Shown here: positions 37,401 through 47,488 of the stretch, in pieces
Position numbering within the stretch: the first letter of the stretch is position 1
Layout: each line of letters starts with the position of its first letter
Assembly (NCBI GenBank): GCA_964187785.1
Contig: OZ076409.1
Coordinates: 99,264,001 to 99,328,000 of the forward strand
Source: Amphiscolops sp. MND2022
Taxonomy: Eukaryota
DNA: 64,000 nt
Direction: 5' to 3'
Notes under the pieces: generated by a model
Told to the model about the DNA's origin: nothing
The model's input: the letters and a program-made list of their open reading frames with translations, nothing else
The model's database searches: none
Program-made: the position numbers and the translations under genes

Positions 37401-40400
37401 AAAGCCTTTTTACACAAACTAAAACAAATCTCAACACCATGCAAAGTGCTACTAGGGCATAATCTACTGCAGACAAAATGCTACTAAGCTAATTGCCCCT
37501 AATTGGGTGTCACTTCTGCGGAGTGAGCAATGAGACAACTAATTAATGCGTTATGGGAACAATCAAGTTGCTGGAATTTGACACAATATTTGTCAAAATT
37601 ACGGGTTAATTGAGTCGTTGAACGTGGATTTCATTCTTAATAGATTGGTTAATAATTAAAAACGTTTGAACCATTTTTTAAACCAATTTGTTAAACCAAT
37701 GGTTAAACAAATGGTTCAAATGTACATCACTCCCAGATCGAACCTTTTGTATTTCGACTTCTTCGCCGTTTCAAAAATTTATGAACGTTTCCGTTTTCAA
37801 ACGCATCATTTCCGTTTGGAATTCGCTACCCAAGAATCTCAGGAAACTTGAATCGAAACCTGAACAATTTAAACAAAATTGAAAGAGGTGTATCACTTCA
37901 AAATGAGGATGGACCCAATACTTAATTACGACCTGAATTGGATGGATTCTAGATTCTATCTCCATATAAGAAGAAGTCTGCCTGGCCTAGCATAAAATTG
38001 TATTGTATTTTTGTACACTGCCATCTTTCATGATAATTTTCATCATAAAATTATGGAATTCAGTGTTCTTTTACTTACTAACTTACACAACACTCAAGGC
38101 TGGGAAAAAATCCGATATTTATTTAAATATCAAAAATATCGGATGTTTTTGTTCTTTTTGCTTGATCTTTTCGATGTTTTTTCTCTGCTCGTAGTCTTCA
38201 TTTCAACGCCTTATTATTTTCCGCCCACATATAATGGGAGAGGAAAATCAAAATCTGTGTTGCGTTTTTTGTTCCAAATTCTGCCAAATCTCCACGATCT
38301 CCATCCACTACTTGACTATTTCTAAAATAGTCAAGGGACCATGTCATCTATTTCCCCCCAAACTGCGACGGGGGAAATAAGACACAAGGTTCAAATACCA
38401 TTATGTCGACATCGTTTGCATTGAAAATTTGGTCCAATAAAATAATTGATGTCGACATAATCCTATCCATTACATTGACTGTCAGTTAAAAGTTGCTCAT
38501 AAGATTTTATAGCTGACAAAATTTGCGCTGAAATAGGGGCCTTGATATACGATTTTAGCTTCCTCCAAACGTGAATTTCTGCTATTTTGAACAATAATAT
38601 CGAAAAATTTTGGTAATTTTTTTTACCTGAAGTGTCCAAACAGTTGTGGAGACAACCCTCTAAGAATGTACATTCATAAAAGATTCTCGTATTAGTGAAA
38701 TATTTTATTCAACCACAAAATGTGCTTTCGTGTTGGGGGTGGGAATTCCTAAGAAGGTGTACCTGGGGGGAATAGATGACATGGTCCTAGTCAAGTAACT
38801 AAAATAGCTAAAGCTGAGCACCGTGGCCATATATGGCGAAGTTGAAGCGGAAGATATTCCGGTGCTCAGTTTGTTGGGTCTTTTTTATGGCTTGTTGGGT
38901 GATGTTTGGATGTTGTAGTACCGGAAGACGCGGGACTTCATCCCGGAGGACCTGAAGGACGAGGGCTACTGGATCAAGCGGAAGAAGAACAACGAAGCGG
39001 CCAAGCGCTCCCGCGAGAAGCGCCGCAACAACGACGCCGCCATCGAGGCCAAGGTCAACTTGCTGCAGCAGATGAACGACAAACTCGTCGCCGAGAACAA
39101 CGACCTCAAAAAGTCACTCGCCGAGGTGAGCGAGCTGCTACCTTCTCAACTATTTAACCATTGTTGGCTAAAACAAGCCGGGAACGGGCAAAATCGGCGC
39201 TATATCTAAGGCTCAAAAAGCGCGAAGTTTTTAAAATTGTAAAAGGGGGGACACTTTGGGTTTTTTGACCATCCATTCTGCTGCAAAATGTGAAAAAAAT
39301 GAAGGGGGACCCGTTGGAGACATTAACAAATTTTTGAAAGAAATCAGAAGATGAGAATTTTGAACAGTGTCACAGTGCCGAAAAATGTAAAAGGGGGGCC
39401 ATTTGGGTTTTTTAGCATCCATTCTGTTACAAAATTGAAGGGGCGATCCTTTGGTGCAATCCAAAAATTTTCGAAAAAAGTCATAGTGCCGAAAAATCCC
39501 AATAAAGAACACCAAGATAGCCAAAGGGGATCCTTAGGATGTTTTTGAGGTTCTGGAGGTCTTTTTTTGTTTTGGATGAGTTTCTGACGTTTCGAGTATA
39601 TTTTGAACGTCCGTCGTTCAAGTTGTTGTTGAAAAAATGAACAAAAAAATGGACCTTTTAAGAAACTGTTTTCAATTGGTTTTAAACGTATAAAACGTAT
39701 TTTTTATTTTTTTTTCAAAAAAACGTTTTTTTTTTCAACCCTGATTTAACTATACCATGCGTCGTACGTGTCAAGATCTCTTTGATACTACGAATCTAAG
39801 TAATAACACGAACTTCCTTTTACCTTCAATTGATGAAAAACCAAAGAAAAGCACAGTTTTTTCTTAAAGCGCCTTTCCTAAGCGCCTTTCCAATGATGAC
39901 TTGGAATGAATCAGGATAAAATTGAAAAATGCGGGGAAACCCCTTTTTTCTCAAAAAAATACATTTTCAAATCAAATTTGTTTTTTTTTCAAAATATGTA
40001 AAATCAAAAACTGATACTTCGTGAGTTACTGAGTGTTTTTGGAGTATTTGTAATTCCGCGTCTGAAGGACCCTATTTGGCAAGAGTTTACGGAGATCACT
40101 TATAGATGGAAGTCAGCATATTTGACTTGGCGTTGACCAAGTGCGAATACTGTATTCCTTATTTCGTAAATTGAATTGATAATTTATGTTTTTGTAAGAA
40201 AGTTACAAAGAAAAATACAATTTTCCGAAAAAACATGTTTTAAAAAAATTGTTTAATTCAGGAAAAACAATTTTTCGTCATCCCTTTAATCAGTTACAAA
40301 CTGCGGCTTCAAAGATTACTTCTTTAGACCAAATGCGGCTTTGTTTGGGAGCCGACTTCTATTCGAAGAAATACGGTTTTTAGAAGTGGCTAATCGGTTT

Positions 40401-42838
40401 CATGTACTTCATATTTCATTTTTGAGTTTTCCGTGTCTTTGATCCCGAACAGATTCCGAATGCTTGTTATGATCTTGATATACGTAACCCTTGCTTCTTG
40501 TGTGTAAGTAAGTAGTCTGGGCTGAATGGAATTACGTCGTTTCAGGCCAATGAGAAGATCCAGTATCTACAAACAGAGCGGGCTCTGAAAATAGCGAATC
40601 CGATGCCTTCCACCTTCAACCTAGAACACGTCGGCAAGTTAACTTCTGCCACGTCCAACAATCTATCAGCTCAAAGCACACCCTTCTTTTACATCCCTCA
40701 AGGTGCTTCTAACCCCAACCACACGGGGGGTCCCGACCCACAACTCGAACAACTGCAGGCTCAGAACGGCGCGGGCGCATCTGTTTGTGGTGTCGGGGCA
40801 CGAAACCAGAACTTGAGCATGGTGCAATCTCAGGCGATGAGTCAGAACTTCAACCTAGACCAGAGTTGCTCCAATCACTCCTCGGCTGTTGCAACCGCTG
40901 CGGTCCTGCCTTCAGCCAGCAGCATCATGCAGCAGTCTATTCATCGTAAGAACCTCACCAGCGGGTCTTCGGTAGGAACTGGGTCAGTGGCCGCAAACGC
41001 CACTGCGCTAGGACAACACGGTGCCAATTCTATAATCTTACCTCTTCAGTCGATATCAGCAGCGTTGGGTCCAGCGGTGCAACAGGCGGCGGCGGCAGTG
41101 GCGCCCAGTCAGAACCCAGTTCTGAGCCAGAACAGCAACATGCCAGCCGGTTCCGTGGTGTACCTCAACACGGGTGCCAGTGTAGTGCCTATCAACGCCA
41201 CCCTGGTCCAAGCAGCTTCAGTCAGCTCAGCTTCGCTCCTGCCCCAGGGCATAACCGCCGCCTTGCCTCCACATCACTCTCAGTCGGTAGTAGCCGCAGC
41301 GGCATCCGCCAATCAAAACACAGCTGCTGTGGTCTGTTCCGCCGCTGCCGCCGCTGACATTCAACAAAGTGCCTCTGTAGCCGCCGCCGCCGCCGCCACC
41401 ACCACCTCTGGGCAGCCTCCTTCCAAGTTGCTGGCCCAAGGTCAACCTGTGCTCAAGCCTGCCTCTCTAGTGTCGCTCAGCACTCCTATCGATAATATAA
41501 TACCTCTCAAGAAGCGATTTAAAGGTTGGCACTTCTTGGCACCAGTGATGTTGTGCGAAATCTTCTCAACAGATTTTTTAAACAATAATCATCGAAAAGT
41601 TTTGAAACGAATCTGTTGAACCAATTTTCCCCATTGATCTGAATTTAACCAATTTTTAACAACTATTTGCGCCGCATCAGAGTTTACTTTTGTGGCCATT
41701 TCCTCAAAGTTCTTGAAAATACAATCGGATGAGTGTTGAAAATACAGTAGATTGAAATTGCATACGACGAAATATCCTGACACCGTTTACCACATTGATT
41801 GAAAAAATGCTGTGTTAATTTTTGGTAGTCTACTTGAAGTTGAAAAAGTTTTCGTCTACTGCTTTCTGAGTCTTTGTTTTTTTTGCAGATTCAAATTCGC
41901 CTCAGAATTGTGGTGTCTCCAATCCAATCCAGACTTCTCCCCCTGTGGGAGTGGCAGTGGCGACACATCACAGGAAGGGGGGCAACCTCGCGCCGTCTTC
42001 CACCTTCATCCTCCACTCTGACTCATCTGGCGAGTTCAACCAGGAAACTGGCGAGTCCAACAGCAACCCGGAGTACTGGAAGACCCAACTCATCACGATC
42101 ATGAGTGAGGTTGAGAGGTTGAAGCATCAGATGGGATCCATTCAACAGAGCAGCACCAGTAGCTGCAGTCCGGGTGTTTCTGTTTCTGGCGTCTCATCAT
42201 CTCCCGCCATGTCCGGGCATCAACCACAACAGTCTCTGGGGTCCTCGCCCTCCCAACAACAACATACCCCCACCATGGTAGCCAGTCCTTCCGGGGGTTC
42301 CGGCGGCGGACCCGGGGTTGGACACCCTGGAACAGGACCAGCAGTAGCATCCGCGGGAGGCGGAACCCCTAACCATCTACATCACCACCATCATCATCAT
42401 CATCATCATCAACAACAATCTCAGCCCCCGGCGCCATCTATCGCACCCCCTCCTCCTGGGTCTTTGAATGCGGCCGCCCATCCTCCCGTTCCTTCTATAG
42501 TCACCCAACATTGTTCCCATCACTCCCAGCAGAAGCCGCAACCCCTGGAAATGTCACCCATACCTGTCTCCTGTGGGGGTGCCCCCGCACCCAACTCCTC
42601 TGGGAGCGGCTGTCCTCCTCCGCCTCTGAGTCACCCTCAATATGTTGTGACGTCATCTGTCGCAATCAGCATGAACACCAACACCAGTACCCCTCACTGC
42701 TCTTCTGTTGGCGGGAGCAACGCTCCTACGCCTTCCCCCGCGACCGCTTCCGGCCCTGTCCCGTCCCTCTCCTCAACAACAGGCGATGTTGTCTCCACTG
42801 AGTCGCCCCATAGGATGACCCAACCTCAAGACTCGTGA
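19423..42838 (+). CDS. NFIL3: NFIL3/E4BP4/vrille-like bZIP transcription factor; six coding exons, about 871 aa
   Basis: Exons 19423-19773, 21768-21844, 23523-23574, 38919-39125, 40546-41524 and 41889-42838. All introns are GT-AG with matching phases (0,2,0,0,1); total 2616 nt. Exon 4 encodes YRKTRDFIPEDLKDEGYWIKRKKNNEAAKRSREKRRNND plus a leucine zipper, matching the NFIL3/vrille basic region. IPLKKRFK resembles the LPHKLR motif. C-terminus is Ala/Ser/Pro/His-rich. Confidence 0.85.
20202..21460 (-). mobile_element. Internally deleted hAT DNA transposon (1259 bp) in intron 1 of the bZIP gene
   Basis: 11-bp TIR CAGTGATGATC / GATCATCACTG; 8-bp TSD CATAATAG / CATAACAG; subterminal CTATAAT repeats. 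BED-finger ORF 21102-20764 (YRCKLC...RHIDSKH). Out-of-frame hATC dimerisation domain (WPFLSKLAQYVLGVLPSPAVAERVFSKAG...RRNRI) ending at 20331. Catalytic core missing. Confidence 0.92.
23929..24338. mobile_element. About 410-bp MITE with GGCTCTTTTCT TIRs and 8-bp TSD (Merlin-like)
   Basis: TSD AAAACGAC on both sides. Same family at 46415-46825 (TSD CTCATTTC), 46999-47410 (TSD AATTGACC), composite at 47793-48559, degenerate at about 49130-49680 and 49985-50240. Confidence 0.85.
24860..25470 (+). mobile_element. HINE-like family 2 copy
   Basis: Shared with 44171-44609 and about 63335-63700; ends GCAGAAATA...GCCCC-n3-GGGGC-CTATTTT. Confidence 0.7.
26572..26866. repeat. AT-rich palindromic MITE-like element
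   Basis: CCAAATAACATAAGAGCAAATAAC... is inverted at ...GTTATTTGCTCTTATGTTATTTGG; related copy at about 63704-63990. Confidence 0.7.
26797..32028 (+). repeat. Near-identical direct tandem duplication with 2615-bp period (flank + BEL 5' LTR + gag/protease start)
   Basis: 26797-29413 equals 29412-32028; identical ORFs are offset by 2615 in the ORF track; 2-bp CT microhomology at the junction; one substitution seen (GGTGCCACGAG vs GGTGCCGCGAG in the PBS). Confidence 0.97.
27708..29415 (+). mobile_element. Duplicated BEL/Pao 5' LTR (27708-27929) with truncated gag-protease ORF (ATG 27970, stop 29415, 481 aa)
   Basis: Same sequence as the 5' end of the intact element; the TAA stop is created at the duplication junction. 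Confidence 0.93.
30585..35768 (+). CDS. BEL/Pao gag-pol polyprotein, uninterrupted (1727 aa from the first ATG)
   Basis: Gag LPKLDLPKFDG; triple Cys/His knuckles (CPQC...H...C, CFNCLRLGH...C, CQKC...HHTMLH); protease ALLDSGSQ; RT YLPHH, KLRVVFDGS, FYVDD; RNase H FTDASESAY; integrase GLDFAGP, YSDNATNF, PHFGGLWE. Order PR-RT-RH-IN. Confidence 0.97.
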   Translation: MSQNLADLKKKRGYQFASITRSSKQVTPILELSTSDVTVDHLTTVKAVLESITEKTSLINTLNDEIIQQADENEIEAELELIDKKDFEFRKLKKQLEHIIDSFNQTQNEGSESNHSVGVSSHLKLPKLDLPKFDGNYQNWTPFFDLFNGSVDSNDGLPEIQKLHYLKSSLKGEPAKLLSHLPITSANYKVAVKLLKERYENKRLISRAHIDAILNFKPLNQESAEGIRSLVNCFVENTMALNELVKEEDQLSCFLVRVLSQKLDYPTRRQWELNSTGDEIQTMNQFKTFLEARANALEATGKSTRNSNQDKTSQEKPVQNYHSGIQSCPQCKASHKLFMCDHFKQLSITEKRDKVKILKVCFNCLRLGHQTKDCKSKNTCQKCQKKHHTMLHDDSIRKTSEKVQSNLSTKWGDSFCTLLPTAMVNVISSDNSIISCRALLDSGSQSSFITESCAQLLNLKRKKQMLHLTGIGDRKQRTPTASTQFQIKSTIDSNKIFNVRAFILPRVASTMPSVQNPERIVVPPEVSPLADTDYLNPREIDLILGADIFEDVVLDEKIKTSNGLYFRKTEFGWVASGQTSSRTNHPTQSYHVTSEFNLKNFWELEQIPTQSKLTKEEIACEEHFRATTTQDDNGRFIVKLPFKKESPKLGESLQQAQRRFFSLEKRLQSMPNTKTKYKEFIQEFRDLSHLELVPNADLEKPCDQVFYLPHHSVIKEDSTTTKLRVVFDGSAKSQSGISLNESLMVGSTIQPDLFSTLMRFRFHRVAISGDVAKMYRQVGLDTNDRDFHRILWRDNPTEPLQHLRMTRVTYGIASSAFHATRCLKQVAELCGETLFVSSIQNDFYVDDFLSGASSTAEAKLLLLGVSEELRKHGFELRKWTSSDPEITLDLPTHLRETAEKDKILDNDYQIKTLGVKWKPNLDVFTFEVLLLELTAYTKRTFLSDLSKLFDPLGWLAPIITRYKVLMQEIWTTGIQWDELLPPHIQDQWMTLSEQLPSLNDLAIPRCLLSPGKNQSFQLHLFTDASESAYAAAVYSRFVDENGVVTTRLLASKSRIAPIKQISLPRLELCAAHLGCKLIKIIEELLHLTKFQNYEVFAWSDSTIVLQWIAKPPRKWTTFVANRVAIIQDSISPDKWNHVPTTSNPADLPSRGMSPVDLKKSSLWWYGPSWLMKQHSEWPKLPLDTAEPPETRITKEVVSNTEAVSSLTGTNLSLDSIPLIDISRFSSLRRLLNTVCFILRIKQIFLKALHSDIRISKGSYSFAEIQTAKFLIVSQLQRIYFINEFTALSQRRPINCKSNLLNLNPFFDEEFKVIRVGGRLAQSYYSENKKFPVLPPSGHFTILVIRHFHEGSLHGGGQITLNLMRQEYWCTSGKHQVNAVIKLCVKCQKFNLKPPYQVMADLPTERVTPSKPFSYTGLDFAGPIITIPDNKTYIAVFVCFSVKAVHLEIVGSLSKEACLSALKRFVSRRGVPRRIYSDNATNFIGARNDILKIQELLKTNMQDEHANSITDFGKDIGLEWVMIPPRTPHFGGLWESAIKRMKHHLRRTVGNQILSQEELSTYVTEIEAIFNSRPLTPLSTSPNDLKPLTPAHFLIGEPLKTLPTYKNEKALNLTERYRLVKNLIRSFWKSWQRDYLVHLQIRKKWFKDGQRMIVGDMVVIAEDNQPPLVWKLGRIIESYDGNDEVNRVFKVKTATGYLIRPVVKLRKLVLDNSVPNPTLLESNISSDT
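36324..37179 (-). CDS. Two-exon JmjC/cupin-like 2-oxoglutarate-Fe(II) dioxygenase (257 aa), antisense within the BEL/Pao element
   Basis: Exon 1 37179-36833; 82-bp phase-2 intron 36832-36751 (GG|GTAATT...TTTTTTCATTTGCAG|T); exon 2 36750-36324; joined frame open (774 nt). Motifs WHFD (H130, D132), LLSGRKIW (K151) and GETVYMPYGCGHSV (H215). AATAAA on the minus strand at 36296-36291. Confidence 0.85.
37720..38010 (+). mobile_element. 3' fragment of a CR1/L2-like LINE
   Basis: Translates as SVFKRIISVWNSLPKNLR...FKQ, the typical ORF2 C-terminal WNSLP motif. Confidence 0.6.
38336..38787. mobile_element. MITE with GGACCATG TIRs and 8-bp TSD (Merlin-like family 2)
   Basis: TIR GGACCATGTCATCTATT / AATAGATGACATGGTCC; TSD TAGTCAAG on both sides; related copy at 59444-59834. 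Confidence 0.85.
38919..39125 (+). CDS. NFIL3: bZIP-domain exon of the NFIL3-like gene
   Basis: TTGTAG|TAC...GAG|GTGAGC; 69 codons in a frame not shown in the ORF track; GC-rich codon usage against AT-rich introns. Confidence 0.93.
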
Positions 42839-42839
42839 C

Positions 42840-43301
42840 CAGGGATGTTCAAAGGTTAATCGGCTGCTGATCGAATAATCGATCGATCGCATTGATCAAT
42901 CGATCGAATGCATGTATTCACAACAAGAAAAGTTGATTAATCGGCGATTATTGGCTAGTTGAAACTAATACATTGTAGGGTTCTCTTTCACTATGCCCCC
43001 CTACAGCAAAAAGGGGAATATGATCTTGATGATTTTCGTGAGCGTATTTTACCAGCAAATTTGGAAATGCAGCTTTTTTAAGGTGAACAAAAAATTCTAG
43101 GACAAAGAGACGTTATCAATGCTAAATAATATTGATTTAATTGGTATTTTTTTTTAGCAAAATTGAGTTTGTTCCCTTTTAATTGTTTTTCAGCTAATAA
43201 TCGGCGATTAATCGATCGGTTATGTCATCAAAAATCGGTTAATTACGTTCCAGAAAAATTGCGGCGTTCGATTAATTGCGATTAACCTTTTGATGCCTCT
43301 G
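42840..43301. mobile_element. hAT-like MITE inserted 1 nt after the bZIP stop codon
   Basis: Imperfect TIR CAGGGATGTTCAAAGGTTAATCG / CGATTAACCTTTTGATGCCTCTG; degenerate 8-bp TSD CTCGTGAC / CTCGAAAC; subterminal AATCG repeats. Confidence 0.7.
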
Positions 43302-44170
43302 CTCGAAACGTAATAGTTATGACGTCACCATTATTATTACTACTGCTGGGCGGTTGAAGAAATTCAAGTCAACTTGAACTTGACGACTGAACCGAGTAAT
43401 GCAGATTTGTTGGACAGCAGAGCTGTGTAAAGAATAACAACCTTCATCAATACTTTCTGTTCCTACCACCAGAAATTCTTTTCTAAATGATAAATTTATT
43501 AAAATGTAGTTAATTTGGTTGGCTTTGAAAGTCGTTGTTTAGCTCTTGAGTAATTTTTATTTCATAGTTCCATTTGTTTTTTTCCTTCAAGTTGAGAAGT
43601 TGAAAGGTTATTTATTATCTGTGAATGGATTATTCCGGGACCACTTTATGAATCGTCTACAAGATTTAACTACAGTACACATGTACATAGGTCTGAAGGT
43701 CTGAACTATTCCAAACATGAGGGGAACGTCTAAAGTCGGCGCTATATTTAAGGCTCAAAAAGCGCAGTTATCAAAATATGCCTAGGACGTTTTCGTGAAA
43801 AACTCCTGTTTTCGAACCTCCGCATCCTCGCTAATAAAACGCAATATAGTTCGGATATAACGCCAAAAGCTCGGATATAGCGCTTTACTCCGGATATTAC
43901 GAGGGGAGACTTCAATAAAATCGAAAGGGTGCCCTCTGGAGAAAAAAATTCAAATAAAGTTGCACAAAGCCGAAAACAATTGAAGGGGGACCTTTAATCT
44001 CGTCCAGTTTTGTATGTTACGTTTAAAAAATAAAAATCGAATGCGGGGAACTTTCCCATAACTTGGATGCGGTTCCCAGGTTATCGTTTAGTTGAACAAA
44101 TTGAACAAAAATTTCGTCGCATTCGAGACTGTCATAAAAAAACGAGTGACTGTAATAGTTGGTCTCTTTC

Positions 44171-44609
44171 TTTTATTTCTGCGATAGCAGAAATATTTTC
44201 AATTTTTTTTCAGTTCAATTATTGTGATAACGAGTGCATACTGAAAAATTCAGATGGTTTGTTCGGCAGTGAGTATAAGCGTGAGACTTAAATTTCTCAA
44301 GCTGCCGACAACAATTCGTTTCTCGTGCGATGGAACGAGCGAGTGGTAATCGTGCTTTCGTACGCCGAGTTAGAGATGAAGCGAACGAGTATTAATTATT
44401 CGTTCACCGAGAGCTTCTGCATTCAAATGCGAATGCGAAACTTCGTCTACGCTTAGTAGTTATATTTTCTTTAGTCCGAGAAGAAATAAAGGTGGTGTAA
44501 GCTGGCAGTGATTAATTGTGCGCTATATAAATGATTGAAATATGCTTCTACTATTGAGCATGAAAGCCTAAAAGCAGAAATAATACTGTGCCCCACAGGG
44601 GCTTATTTT
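44171..44609 (+). mobile_element. HINE-like family 2 element nested in the end of a family 1 element
   Basis: 5' TTTTATTTCTGCGATAGCAGAAATA (subTIR plus adjacent inverted copy); 3' GCAGAAATA...GCCCCACAGGGGCTTATTTT (subTIR plus hairpin). Confidence 0.75.
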
Positions 44610-46414
44610 ATTAAATAAAAGCGCCGACCAAAATTTTTCTCAATAGTTTTTTCTCTGTTTCGGCTGTTTTTTTCTCAATAGTCAAATAATCAAAACATAT
44701 CTTCAAAGCTATTCTAGCAGATGATCGAGGAGTTTGAAACTTCAGAATATTGATCTGTTTTCGACAAATTCAATTCTATAGATCACTGATCAAGATCACC
44801 AGTGTTGTGAAATCTCAACCTTTCGGAAACTAAGCCTTTCCTGTTAGCGGAATACGTATTTTTTGACGAGATATTAGCTCATTACGGAACCAATGCTTCT
44901 CATACCTGCATTAGATAAGTGATATTTAAAGTAAAATGGAAGACCGAAACTTCCATCATACAACGGGTTGGATTAATTTTTAACGTGGTCTAATTTTAAT
45001 TTTGCGGTCTGCTGTCTATACTGTGGTTCAAAAACGTCCAACTTCGAAGATAGGGCCACATTTCGTATCCAGCCAACACGAAAAACCTTTCATTTTCTTG
45101 CACAAACGAAAGATTTTTATATCCTCGACAGTACACCGAGAAGTCGAAAAATTGACAAAATTGTGGCAATTTTTTCCAAGCTTCATTTCTCCACGAATAG
45201 GGGCTGCAGCTGAAATCGGTTTTCTCTTCCTGAAAGCCCTTTACCTAAGCTTTCAAATGTACACTAGTTAGGTTGGGAGTTGGCGCCACTTATTCAAATG
45301 TCGGTTGAACTGAAGCTTCATTGAAAAAACTTCATTGAAGCTTCATTGAAAATGCTATATGCGTTTTCAATGGTGGCCTGCTCTGTTACTAGAATGAGAC
45401 AGTAACTTAGCAAACAGTTGCTCAGTTATTGAGAAAAGGTGAATTTTCTGAAATGTACTTTTTCTGAAATTTTTCACTTTTTCAGTTTTTTGCCTGTGGC
45501 TCGGAAAAAAAACTATTGACACAAATAACAAATCCCCCAAGATAGTCCACTTTTCGGCACTCTGAGACTCTCCCCCTTTTCGGCTTTGAGACTTTCGAAA
45601 AATTTTAAATGTCTCAAAAGGGTCCGTCCCCCTTCAATTTTTTTTTGATTTTACAACAGAATGGATAAAAAAATCTCAAAGCTCCCCCTTTAACAGTTTT
45701 CGGTTTGTGAGATTTTTCAAAATGAATATTTCTCGTCTTGAAAATAGGTTTTTTTCAGGTCCAGCACGCTATATCCGAATTTTGTTTTTTGAACCTTGAG
45801 AGGCGCCGTTCACGGTTTGTTTTAAATTGATAAAGTAGAAAAATCGTCCGACTCATTAACCTTTGGATCACCGTATGATATTGGTTATTTGGTTTTCTCA
45901 TCAAAATTTCGCAACTCTCTTCGCAAGTGTTTGCGAAGCACGGCTTTGCCTGTGTCGAACTTTTTTTCGAAATAAATCTTGAAGCAAGAACCGAGAACAT
46001 AAATCAAAAGAACCCTTTTGATTTACATTTGAATGCCTGCATCAAAAATTGGAATGAAATGATGTATGTGAAAAAGATTGATATTTGTGGACATATCAAC
46101 GTCAATGACGTCAGCTGTAAATATTACGTAACTCACTCAATTCACAAAATATGGCGTGTTTTTATTATTAAGTTATAAGCCAAGTTGCAGAAAAACTTTG
46201 TTCTCTTATGTTGTCTTCCTCGGTGCAACAAATTGGTAACCGTGCAATTTGCCGACCGCTCAACTGGCCGACTGTGCAGTTAGCCGATCCGAATGAATAT
46301 GATTGAATAATAAAGATAATATTCTCAATTTTGTTATGCAACTGTAACTCGCTTCGAAACAAAAGTTGGATTTGCATCAAATATTTGTTTGAAGATGCTT
46401 CTATTTCTCATTTC

Positions 46415-47410
46415 GGCTCTTTTCTGTCCAATCCCACACCACCAAAATTTTTGAAAGTAAATTTACTTAAAAACATTACACTAACTTAATTAAAACTAAA
46501 ACATTCTTTCATAACGGGGATACTAACGTCTTTTAGAAGTTTTTTGCTTGAACAAAACATTGTTCACACATTTTGACTATGATTATGTTCGTATTGATTG
46601 TTTATTGGTGACTCAAAATAGGAAACTGTTGATTTCTCCATCAAAAATGCGTGACTTCATAGACAAAATAGTGTGAACAAAGTTTGTATCTCAATTCTAA
46701 ACTGTCACTCTGAAAATAAATTAAAAATTGAAGCTTTCTGGTTTGTATTCAAGTCTTTTTGTTATCAGATTTTCATTAATTTTCCAAAAAAAAAGTTGGT
46801 GGTGGGGGGGGGGCAGAAAAGAGCCCTCATTTCAAAGAGTACAAAAAGGAGTGACATGATATTGAATCAAGATCAGCAGTTCCTGATCTCTATGAGAACC
46901 TAATTTTAATTTTTAAAGATTCATAAACCCCATTTTAGGTCTAATTCCGCTGTTCTGAGTTTATTTAGTCGGCCAATTGCACAGTCGGCCAATTGACCGG
47001 CTCTTTTCTGTTCCCCCCCCCCCACCACCAAAATTTTTGAAAATAACTTTCCTTTAAAACTTTAGACTAGCCTAATTAAAAGTAAAACCTTCATTCATAA
47101 CGGGAAGTTAACTTCTATTAGACTAGTTTTCCGCTTGAACAAAACATTGTTCACACATTTTGACTATGATTGTGTTCGTATTGAGTGTTTATTGATGACT
47201 CAAAACAGGAAGCTGTTGATTTCTTCATCAAAAATGCGTAACTACATATTGAAAAAGTGTGAACAAAGTTTGTATCTGAATCCTAAACTAACACCCTGAG
47301 AATAAATTTAAAACTGAAGCTTTCTGGTTTGTATTCAAGTCTATGTGTTATGAGATTTTCACTAATTTCCCAAAAAAATTTTGGTGGTGGGGGGAAAACA
47401 GAAAAGAGCC
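46415..47410. mobile_element. Two adjacent copies of the GGCTC-TIR MITE (46415-46825, 46999-47410)
   Basis: Each has its own perfect 8-bp TSD (CTCATTTC; AATTGACC). Confidence 0.88.
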
Positions 47411-47488
47411 AATTGACCTAGCACCGTACTCTTTATCTGTCTCTGACGTCATCTCACCAAGTGACATGATCGAGTGACGTCATCGAGG

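Larger units (their letters stand above)
30323..37436 (+). mobile_element. Intact, very young BEL/Pao LTR retrotransposon (7114 bp) with an extra antisense gene
   Basis: LTRs 30323-30544 and 37215-37436 (222 bp, TG...CA; one difference seen, AATCAA vs AATAAA); perfect TSD CCATG (30318-30322, 37437-37441); PBS TGGTGCCG... at 30550; PPT AGGAGAGGAG before 37215. Confidence 0.97.

Noticed and set aside
38906..39157. ORF-track protein MDVVVPEDAG...
   Set aside because: Wrong frame; the bZIP exon is read in another frame from 38919.
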